From contig JBHGNT010000760.1 in the NCBI GenBank assembly GCA_043228905.1, positions 1-16,138 of the forward strand: a stretch of DNA of 16,138 bases, written 5' to 3'. Within the stretch, counting starts at the first letter, position 1. Each line of letters starts with the position of its first letter. The DNA is from Azolla caroliniana (lineage: Eukaryota; Plantae; Polypodiophyta). The notes beneath the pieces were generated by a model. That model ran no database searches and was not told where the DNA came from. It was given only the letters and a program-made list of their open reading frames with translations. Positions 1 through 7,651 of this stretch are shown here, in pieces. Position numbers and translations under genes: made by a program.

Positions 1-478
1 AAGGCTGTAGAGAGGCTTCTTGAGTCGACAGACGGCTTTCGGATGAATATTGGATTGGAAGCCGGGTGGTTGTACCATGTACACCTCCTCTTCTAATTTG
101 CCTTGAAGAAAAGCGTTCTTCACATCCATTTGGTGGAGGTGCCACCCTTTCGCTGTAGCAAGCGCCATCATGGTCCACACGGTTGTCATCTTTGCAGCCG
201 GGGCAAAGGTCTCTTCATAATCGACTCCCTGTGTTTGTGTGTCGCCCTTTGCTATGAGTGTAGTTTGTAGTGCTTAACGGAACCGTCGGCATTATAATTC
301 ACTTTGTATATCCATCTGCAACCGATTGCCTTCTTCTACAATGAGTGAGGGACGAGATCCCATGTCTCATTCTTGCTGAGAGCTTGCATCTCCTCGTTCA
401 TCTCTTCAACCCATCGTGGATCTTTAGCGGCTTTGGCAAAGCTCTCCGGTTCTCGAACCCCTGCCAATATTAGAGACA
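1..478 (-). pseudogene. Ty1/copia reverse transcriptase fragment (older element; continues off the left edge)
   Basis: Manual minus-strand translation: VREPESFAKAAKDPRWVEEMNEEMQALSKNETWDLV...AIGCRWIYKV...AKGDTQTQGVDYEETFAP...HQMDVKNAFLQGKLEEEVYMVQPPGF...CRLKKPLYSL. These are copia RVT_2 motifs, with an in-frame stop and a frameshift near 260-270. Confidence 0.92.
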
Positions 479-735
479 TGTACTAAAGTAAGCATTAGAT
501 AAGGATAGATCTAGGTAGATAGAAAGAAAGGAGAGAGAGAAAGAAGGGTGCCGATCCACCCGACCACCCCCGAGTGAAGGGATCGAGACGGACTCGAGCC
601 TTAATCGTCGTCCCATACCACCGCCGTGGCATCGAGTCGTACCTGGTGTTGTCGCGCTCGCTACAAGAGTTGACCCACCACAAGGCAGAGTCTCGACATA
701 GTCAACAAGATCCTGAAATGAGGGTAGCTAGGCCT

Positions 736-745
736 CTATTTATAG
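736..745 (-). promoter_or_regulatory. TATA box of the chromovirus LTR
   Basis: Plus-strand ctatttatag reads CTATAAATAG on the minus strand, followed by AGG...CCCTCATTT, a typical plant LTR promoter context. Confidence 0.7.
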
Positions 746-850
746 CGATACCCAAGGCCCCCAACCATGTTCACACTTGGCATAATGGGTTGTCTCAATC
801 CCGAGGATTTAAAAGTAATCCTCCCCTTCTTTACACTCTCGTTTAACCCT

Positions 851-855
851 CATAC
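851..855 (+). repeat. Target-site duplication CATAC (left copy)
   Basis: CATAC directly precedes TG of the 5' LTR and recurs at 6175-6179. Confidence 0.97.
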
Positions 856-927
856 TGTTGGGATTTCGGTCCCTCCGGATGGGATGTCCGGAGATAAATG
901 ACGGCAAGCCCGGTTACGGTTACGGAA

Positions 928-1046
928 CCGGAGGATGAAGAGCACCCGGCATGAAGCCGGATGAAGAGTACCCGGTTCCGGATCCGGATGATGAAGACCC
1001 GGTTCCGGAGCCGGATGACGAATGTACCCGGAGAGAGATCCGGATG
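928..1046 (+). repeat. Degenerate 27-29 bp tandem repeat (about 4 units) in U3; second copy at 5644-5762
   Basis: Units start at 928, 957, 984, 1011 and (partial) 1040; consensus about CCGGATGAAGAGTACCCGGTTCCGGA. Confidence 0.8.
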
Positions 1047-1084
1047 CGAGGCTATATTTGTAAATAGCGCGAAAGTCATATGTG

Positions 1085-1092
1085 TATAAATA
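1085..1092 (+). promoter_or_regulatory. Putative TATA box of the copia LTR (copy at 5801-5808)
   Basis: TATAAATA downstream of the U3 repeats and upstream of the GA tract. Confidence 0.7.
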
Positions 1093-1167
1093 TGACTTAG
1101 GGCAAACAGTTTTGGGTTGTTACTCATTTTTCTGGTTTTCCACTTAGAGGGAGCTAAGTGAGCAGCC

Positions 1168-1189
1168 GAGAGAGAGAGAGAGAGAGAGA
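1168..1189 (+). repeat. (GA)11 microsatellite in the 5' LTR
   Basis: Read directly; the 3' LTR copy is (GA)12. Confidence 0.95.
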
Positions 1190-1459
1190 CGAAGAGGTCG
1201 TTGCCTCTGTGTATTACCGCCGCCTGTGGCGAAGACAGTGAGCTCAAGGTTGTTGCCTTGTAGCTTCACCATTGTACATCTCTGTTTATAGTGATAGTTG
1301 GAGTTTGAGGACTCCCGTGGTTTTTTCCCATTTAGGGTTTTCCACGTAAAACATTCTGTGTACTCTTCTCTCTATTGTCTTCGTGCAATTTGTATTTCCT
1401 GTTTTCTGTGAAGTTGATCCTATTCCTCGGTTGCGGCCGAGCATTGTTGTTCAACAAAG

Positions 1460-1471
1460 TGGTATCAGAGC
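1460..1471 (+). promoter_or_regulatory. Primer binding site, tRNA-iMet
   Basis: TGGTATCAGAGC, complementary to the 3' end of plant initiator tRNA-Met, just after the LTR. Confidence 0.97.
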
Positions 1472-1487
1472 GACGGTAGCACAGAAA

Positions 1488-3749
1488 ATGGAAGGCGGTG
1501 GTAGTGGGCCTCCGGGCATGATGGTGTTGAACTCACAGAACTACGCTGACTGGAAGATAAAGATGGAAGACCTTCTCATCGTCCGAGACCTGTATGAACT
1601 TATCGACAATGCCGAGATACCCAAGGGGGTAATAGAGTCGGAGTGGAAGCTCCTGAACCGGAAAGCTGTAGCGACGATCCGGCAATATGTCGATGTAAGC
1701 GTTCTACAACATGTGGCGAACGACACCAACGCATATGAGATGTGGAAGAAGCTGTCGGGCCTCTACGAGAGGAAGAATGCGTTGAACCGGACCTCCCTGA
1801 TGAGGAAGATAGTGAACCTCAAGTACCGGGACGGCGAGAATATGGTGGAACACGTGAGCACGTTCATGGGATTCGTGAACCAGCTTGCGGCGATCAAGTT
1901 CCCGCTGGAGGATGCAATGCAAGCCATCATTCTGATGTGTACATTGCCGGAAAGCTGGGAGAACTTGGTGGTGACTCTCAGCACCTCCTACACCGAAGAT
2001 AACTTGTCTCTACAAACGGTAAAGACAAGCATTTTGAACGAAGAAGCGCGTCGGAGAGATAAAGAACCGGTTTCCGATCCGAAGATGCTGCTTACCGAAT
2101 CGGATCGGGGAAGACAATGGAACCGGAGTCCGCAAAGACGGGAGAAGTCAGGGACCCAGTCGCAGTCAAGAGGAAGGCCCACATGCTTCCACTGTGGGAA
2201 ACCGGGGCACTTCCGGAAGAATTGTCGGCATTACCGAAAGGACAACGGAGCCGACGACACCGATTCGAAGAAGTCACCGGAGAGAAACGGTGCATACCGG
2301 GGAGCCACGGACCGGAGAGGTCCGGATCGGCGAGGGCAGGACCGGAAAGGAACGACGGCACTCGCGACAAGTGAAGAAGAGATAATGCTCATTACCGAAG
2401 AGAGGGAGCTGAACCTTGCCGGTGTAGAGATGACCTGGGTGGTCGATTCCGGAGCGTCGTTCCACCTGACCCCGGAGAAGAAATACTTCTCATCCTACAC
2501 AGCCGGTGAGCACGGCTGTGTCCGGATGGGAAATGAAGGCACATGCCGGATTGCCGGCATAGGAGACGTGTGGCTGATGACATCAACCGGATGCAAGATG
2601 CTGTTGAAGGATGTTCGACACGTTCCGGAGGTCCAACTGAACCTGATCTCGACCGAGAGGCTAGATGATGAAGGCTACACGGGTAGCATCCGGAACGGTG
2701 TCATGAAGTTCAGCAAAGGGAGCCTGATAGTGGCTCGGGCCCGGAAGGTCAATACACTGTACCTGATGAATTCCCGGCTATGTCCGGAGGAGCTGAACGT
2801 GGCAGCCGACACTGCCGGTGAGCTGTGGCACAAGAGACTGTGCCACATGAGTGAGAAGGGAATGAAGAGGCTTGCCGATGACAACCTGATACCGGTAAAG
2901 CACGTACACCTGGGGAAGTGTACCGACTGTCTGGCCGGTAAGCAAAACCGGACCTCCTTCCACTCAAGGCCACCGACGAGACGTAGCGCACCATTGGAGT
3001 TGGTACACACTGATGTGTGTCAAGTAGAAGCGAAGTCACATGGCGGAGCTCAGTACTTCGTAACATTCATAGATGACCATAGCCGGAAGCTGTGGACGGC
3101 ACCGTTGAAGACAAAGGACCAAGTATTGTCCGTCTTCAAAGAACTCCACGCGAGAGTGGAAAGAGAATCCGGCAAGAAGCTGAAAGCGATACGAGCGGAT
3201 AACGGAGGGGAATACCGGGGGCAGTTCGCAGAGTACTGTCGCTCGAAGGGAATCCGGCTCGAGTTTACTGTGCCGAAGACGCCGGAACTGAACGGGCTGG
3301 CCGAGAGGATGAACCGGACCATAATGGAGAGGGTCCGGAGTATGCTAGCACATGCGAAATTACCCAAGGGATTTTGGGCTGAGGCAATGTCGACGGCGAC
3401 GTATGTGATAAATAGATCACCCTCAGTACCTTTGGACGGAGACACGCCGCAGAAAGTGTGGACCGGTAAGGAAGTGTCCTACCGGCATCTGAAGGTGTTC
3501 GGGTGTCTCGCATACGTGCATGTGGCAAAGGACTGGAGAGGAAAGTTAGATCCAAAGACCCGGCCATGCATATTCCTCGGTTACGGCAACGACGAGTTCG
3601 GCTACCGAGTATGGGACCCGGTCGACAAGAAGATATTCAGGAGTCGAGATATCATCTTCATGGAGGACAAGACACTCGCCGACTGGGAGTCGGAGAAGAA
3701 GATGAAGAGCCCCAAGTCGACCGGTGAGGATCAACTCTACGAAGAGTAG
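1488..3749 (+). CDS. Copia polyprotein, part 1: Gag - aspartic protease - GAG-pre-integrase - integrase (ends at a premature TAG)
   Basis: First ATG after the PBS is at 1488 (the track start at 1383 lies in the LTR). Motifs: NYADWK, zinc knuckle CFHCGKPGHFRKNC, protease WVVDSGASFH, WHKRLCH...CTDC, integrase DDE (VHTDV, RADNGGEY, NGLAERMNRT), GKLDPK. Confidence 0.93.
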   Translation: MEGGGSGPPGMMVLNSQNYADWKIKMEDLLIVRDLYELIDNAEIPKGVIESEWKLLNRKAVATIRQYVDVSVLQHVANDTNAYEMWKKLSGLYERKNALNRTSLMRKIVNLKYRDGENMVEHVSTFMGFVNQLAAIKFPLEDAMQAIILMCTLPESWENLVVTLSTSYTEDNLSLQTVKTSILNEEARRRDKEPVSDPKMLLTESDRGRQWNRSPQRREKSGTQSQSRGRPTCFHCGKPGHFRKNCRHYRKDNGADDTDSKKSPERNGAYRGATDRRGPDRRGQDRKGTTALATSEEEIMLITEERELNLAGVEMTWVVDSGASFHLTPEKKYFSSYTAGEHGCVRMGNEGTCRIAGIGDVWLMTSTGCKMLLKDVRHVPEVQLNLISTERLDDEGYTGSIRNGVMKFSKGSLIVARARKVNTLYLMNSRLCPEELNVAADTAGELWHKRLCHMSEKGMKRLADDNLIPVKHVHLGKCTDCLAGKQNRTSFHSRPPTRRSAPLELVHTDVCQVEAKSHGGAQYFVTFIDDHSRKLWTAPLKTKDQVLSVFKELHARVERESGKKLKAIRADNGGEYRGQFAEYCRSKGIRLEFTVPKTPELNGLAERMNRTIMERVRSMLAHAKLPKGFWAEAMSTATYVINRSPSVPLDGDTPQKVWTGKEVSYRHLKVFGCLAYVHVAKDWRGKLDPKTRPCIFLGYGNDEFGYRVWDPVDKKIFRSRDIIFMEDKTLADWESEKKMKSPKSTGEDQLYEE

Positions 3750-5561
3750 TCCCAACCGGCAAGGGACCGGTTAGCACTCGAGGATCCGGCCGAAGACGGT
3801 GAAGAAACAGAACCGGCCGAGGAAGACGAAACTGATACCGGAACCGGCCCCGATCCCGAAATGGATTTGGATGAAGAGAAAGCGGAGGAGCCGGTTACCG
3901 AAGCTCCGGAACGGAGATATCCTCTAAGAGAGAGAAGGGCCCCCCGGAGATTTCCGGAACCAGAGCACGTGCTGCTAACCGACGAGGGGGAGCCGGAGAG
4001 TTTTGAAGAAGCAAAGCTTGACACCCATAGCCGCAGGTGGTTAAGTGCCATGCAGGAGGAGATGGATTCCCTGCATGAGAACCACACATATGAACTTGTG
4101 GAGTTGCCGAAAGGAAAGCGGGCACTTCGAAACAAGTGGGTGTTCAAGCTGAAACCGGGAGATGCCGGAAACCCCCCGAGATACAAAACCAGGATCGTGG
4201 TGAAGGGGTTCCAGCAGAAGAAGGGCGTCGACTTTGACGAGATATTTGCCCCGGTAGTGAAGATGACCTCCATCCGGACGGTGCTGAGCATAACGGCAAG
4301 CATGGACCTCGAGGTAGAACAGATGGACGTGAAGACGGCATTCCTTCACGGTGACCTCGAAGAAGAGATCTACATGCAGCAACCGGAAGGATTCGAGAAG
4401 AAAGGGAAGGAGCACCTGGTATGCCGGTTGAAGAAGAGCCTTTACGGACTGAAGCAGGCTCCCCGGCAATGGTACCGGAAGTTCGGCTCCTTCATGACCG
4501 ACGAAGGGTACCACAAAACGCAGTCCGATCACTGCATGTTTGTGAAGAAGTTCGAAGGAGGAGACTTTCTAATACTCCTCCTGTACGTGGACGACATGTT
4601 GATCGTCGGACGGGACCAGGTCATGATACGGATGCTAAAGAAAGCGCTTCACCGAACTTTCTCAATGAAGGACCTGGGTCCGGCGAGGCAAATACTAGGG
4701 ATGCACATCATCCGGGACCGGAAGAAGAAGCAGTTGTGGCTGTCACAGGAGAAGTATGTGACAAAGGTGCTTCACCGGTTCAACATGTCGGAAGCAAGAC
4801 CGGTCGGGTCAACCCTCCCTGCAAACTGCAAGTTGTCCAACAAGCAAAGCCCCAAGACAAAGGCTGAGAAGGAGGACATGATGAAAGTACCATATGCCTC
4901 TGCCGTCGGAAGCTTGATGTACGCAATGGTGTGTACAAGACCAGACATAGGATATGCAGTCAGAGTGGTGAGCCGGTACATGAGCAATCCCGGCAAAGAG
5001 CACTGGAACGCGGCCAAGTGGATACTCCGATACCTGAAGGGCACGGCAAACGTGTGCCTCCGATTCGGCTCCGGTAAGCCCGAACTCGACGGCTTTACCG
5101 ATTCGGATATGTCGGCTGATGCAGATACCAGCCGGTCCACATCAGGGTATGTGATGACGTATGCAGGGGGAGCTGTTTCGTGGCAGTCGAGGCTGCAGAA
5201 GACGGTTGCATTGTCAACCACGGAGGCGGAGTACATGGTGGCTGTTGAAGCCGGCAAGGAAATAATATGGATGAAGGACTTCATTAGAGAGCTCGGGATC
5301 CGGCAGGAGGAGTACCGACTCTACTGCGACAGTCAGAGTGCCATCCACCTTGCGAAGAACGCGGCTTACCATTCCCGGACGAAACACATCCAGCGTAGAT
5401 ACCACTGGATCCGGGAAAGGATAGAAGACAAGGAGTTCGTGCTGACGAAGATCCACACGGACGAGAACGGGTCGGATATGCTGACCAAGGTGCTCACACC
5501 CGACAAGCTGGAAGCATGCCGGAAGAGGATCGGATTGGAGAGACATCCCATGCCGAAGTGA
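3750..5561 (+). CDS. Copia polyprotein, part 2: reverse transcriptase - RNase H (same frame as part 1; first ATG at 3861)
   Basis: Open from 3750 to TGA 5559-5561. Motifs: EPESFEEA, QMDVKTAFLHG, SLYGLKQAPRQW, LLYVDDML, MKDLG, FTDSD, TEAEY, CDSQSAI, RTKHI, SDMLTK. Confidence 0.93.
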   Translation, partial: SQPARDRLALEDPAEDGEETEPAEEDETDTGTGPDPEMDLDEEKAEEPVTEAPERRYPLRERRAPRRFPEPEHVLLTDEGEPESFEEAKLDTHSRRWLSAMQEEMDSLHENHTYELVELPKGKRALRNKWVFKLKPGDAGNPPRYKTRIVVKGFQQKKGVDFDEIFAPVVKMTSIRTVLSITASMDLEVEQMDVKTAFLHGDLEEEIYMQQPEGFEKKGKEHLVCRLKKSLYGLKQAPRQWYRKFGSFMTDEGYHKTQSDHCMFVKKFEGGDFLILLLYVDDMLIVGRDQVMIRMLKKALHRTFSMKDLGPARQILGMHIIRDRKKKQLWLSQEKYVTKVLHRFNMSEARPVGSTLPANCKLSNKQSPKTKAEKEDMMKVPYASAVGSLMYAMVCTRPDIGYAVRVVSRYMSNPGKEHWNAAKWILRYLKGTANVCLRFGSGKPELDGFTDSDMSADADTSRSTSGYVMTYAGGAVSWQSRLQKTVALSTTEAEYMVAVEAGKEIIWMKDFIRELGIRQEEYRLYCDSQSAIHLAKNAAYHSRTKHIQRRYHWIRERIEDKEFVLTKIHTDENGSDMLTKVLTPDKLEACRKRIGLERHPMPK

Positions 5562-5569
5562 AGGGGGAG
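5560..5569 (+). promoter_or_regulatory. Polypurine tract of the copia element
   Basis: GAAGGGGGAG, 2 nt before the 3' LTR. Confidence 0.95.
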
Positions 5570-5571
5570 TT

Positions 5572-6174
5572 TGTTGGGATTTCGGTCCCTCCGGATGGGA
5601 TGTCCGGAGATAAATGACGGCAAGCCCGGTTACGGTTACGGAACCGGAGGATGAAGAGCACCCGGCATGAAGCCGGATGAAGAGTACCCGGTTCCGGATC
5701 CGGATGATGAAGACCCGGTTCCGGAGCCGGATGACGAATGTACCCGGAGAGAGATCCGGATGCGAGGCTATATTTGTAAATAGCGCGAAAGTCATATGTG
5801 TATAAATATGACTTAGGGCAAACAGTTTTGGGTTGTTACTCATTTTTCTGGTTTTCCACTTAGAGGGAGCTAAGTGAGCAGCCGAGAGAGAGAGAGAGAG
5901 AGAGAGACGAAGAGGTCGTTGCCTCTGTGTATTACCGCCGCCTGTGGCGAAGACAGTGAGCTCAAGGTTGTTGCCTTGTAGCTTCACCATTGTACATCTC
6001 TGTTTATAGTGATAGTTGGAGTTTGAGGACTCCCGTGGTTTTTTCCCATTTAGGGTTTTCCACGTAAAACATTCTGTGTACTCTTCTCTCTATTGTCTTC
6101 GTGCAATTTGTATTTCCTGTTTTCTGTGAAGTTGATCCTATTCCTCGGTTGCGGCCGAGCACTGTTGTTCAACA
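5572..6174 (+). repeat. 3' LTR of the copia element (603 bp)
   Basis: Matches 856-1456 except for one extra GA unit (5884-5907) and C6162 versus T1444. Confidence 0.98.
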
Positions 6175-6179
6175 CATAC
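6175..6179 (+). repeat. Target-site duplication CATAC (right copy)
   Basis: Immediately follows CAACA; identical to 851-855. Confidence 0.97.
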
Positions 6180-6247
6180 TTATCCACGTGTATAGAATAC
6201 TACGGTAAATTCTCACCACGGGATATTATATGGTCATGCTCGTAACA
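6180..6247 (-). repeat. Proximal part (U3 start) of the chromovirus 3' LTR
   Basis: Minus strand reads PPT - TA - TGTTACGAGC... starting at 6247. Confidence 0.8.
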
Positions 6248-6249
6248 TA

Positions 6250-6261
6250 CTCCCCCTCTTT
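6250..6261 (-). promoter_or_regulatory. Polypurine tract of the chromovirus
   Basis: Minus-strand AAAGAGGGGGAG at the end of the chromodomain coding region, 2 nt before TG. Confidence 0.88.
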
Positions 6262-7650
6262 AAAACATTGCACTCTTGCAATGGAAAGTTAGGGAAGTTA
6301 GTTCTAAGAGTATTTTTGCGTTCCCATGTGGCATCTTTTATTGATTTCTCCATCCATTTTATTTTAAATTCTCAGATTTCTTTAGTACGTAATTTTTTTG
6401 TTTTAACATCAAGAATTCTTTCTGGTACATGTGGTTTAGAAGATAATTCTTCAAAAGTAACCAGAGTTTCAGTTGTAACTGTATTGTCGCCAGAACCTAG
6501 AAGTTCTTTTAGACGACTCACATGAAAGACTGGATGAATTCCAACACCATCGGGAAGAGCGAGACGATAGGCTGATGACCCAATGCGTTTGAGGACTGTA
6601 AAAGGTCCACAAAACCGTGGGGCTAACTTAGCGCACTTACCCGTAGACAATGTCTTAGAATTGTGAGGTACACGTAAAAATACCTTCTGTCCAGGGTTGA
6701 ATACACGAGGTTGCCTATGATGATCGGCATAAAAATGCACTCTATCTTGAGCTGTTTTTATATTATCTCGTGCAATATGCAACATATCTTGCATATCTTG
6801 AAGAAAGTTTTGCATACTTCGCAACTCATCATGATGTATATTAACATCAATTGGGGCTCGTGGCTGAAAACCATACATCAACATAAAAGGACTATATCCC
6901 GTCGACGTATGCTTGGAGCTGTTATAAGCAAACTCCAAAATTGGGAGATAACGTTCCCATTTTGTTGGTTTTGCACCAACATATGCTCGAAGCATGTCCT
7001 CAATAATTTGATTTACTTGTTCTATTTGTCCATCAGATTGAGGATGATCCGTGGAGCTCATGCTCAACATAGTTTCTAACTTCTTAAAGACTTGCATCCA
7101 GAAGTCACTAGTAAATTTTGGATCTCGATCACTCACGATATCCATCGGTAACCCATAAAAACAAAATAACTCGTCAATGAATTGGTAAGCCAATTCAAGA
7201 GTTGTTACCGTGGTTTTAGTAGCAATAAATCTGGCCATTTCAGTTAGTCGATCAACCACAACCCAGATGGCCTCATGGCCTTTTTGGGTGCAAGGAAGGC
7301 TAACAATAAAATCCATGGATATACTTTCCCACTTATTATTGGGAATGTCCAAAGGATGTAAAAGTCCTGCGACTTTGCGGCTTTAAGTCGCTCGGCTTTG
7401 TTAACTTGACATTGGTGACATTTAGTCACATACTTATGTATGTCAGGGCGCATCTTAGGCCAATAAAATTGAGTGGAGATGAGAACGAGTGTACGATGTA
7501 TTCCAGGGTGCCCTGTTGAGGGTGCATCATGGCATTAAAAAAGAATCCTCTTTTTGACCTCGGGTAAATCTGGAACACAAACCTTCCCATTACGGTAGAG
7601 CAGACCATTAGCAATGTGGAAGTATTCCTTCGAGGATGTGGTGGTGTCTG
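6250..7650 (-). pseudogene. Gypsy integrase plus chromodomain, disrupted
   Basis: HHCC finger (CHDAPSTGHPG...FYWPKM...CHQCQ), core WESISMDFI / IVSDRD / DGQIE, PRFCGPF, HPVFHVSRLK, chromodomain PERIL...KEI*EFKIKW...DATWE. Stops near 7535 and at 6372-6374; frameshifts near 7650 and 7375. Confidence 0.93.
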
Positions 7651-7651
7651 T

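Larger units (their letters stand above)
479..855 (-). repeat. Distal part (TATA/R/U5) of the chromovirus 3' LTR
   Basis: Joined to 6175-6247 via the CATAC duplication. Contains minus-strand CTATAAATAGAGG, a CT-rich tract, and a candidate end ...TTTAGTACA at 479 where copia RT homology begins. The exact end is inferred because there is no second LTR copy to compare. Confidence 0.7.
856..1456 (+). repeat. 5' LTR of the copia element (601 bp)
   Basis: Direct repeat of 5572-6174; starts TGTTG, ends CAACA; the PBS follows after a 3-nt spacer. Confidence 0.98.
856..6174 (+). mobile_element. Full-length Ty1/copia LTR retrotransposon (Tnt1/Tto1, Tork-like), recent insertion
   Basis: Two ~600 bp direct repeats with TGTTG...CAACA ends, 5-bp TSD, PBS, PPT, and domain order gag-PR-INT-RT-RH. 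The lineage call comes from motif resemblance only. Confidence 0.98.

Noticed and set aside
495-846. 62-aa and 90-aa ORFs
   Set aside because: They lie within the inferred chromovirus LTR and show no motifs.
928-1046. CRISPR-like periodic repeat
   Set aside because: Degenerate head-to-tail units without unique spacers, inside a eukaryotic LTR, with no cas genes.
1383-1487. ORF-track N-terminal extension of gag
   Set aside because: It starts at a GTG inside the LTR and crosses the PBS; ATG 1488 is the plausible start.
3737-5990. Long antisense ORFs (188, 163, 170 and 258 aa) over the copia pol and 3' LTR
   Set aside because: Shadow ORFs expected opposite GC-rich coding sequence; no recognisable domains, and the 258-aa one translates the GA microsatellite and U3 repeats.
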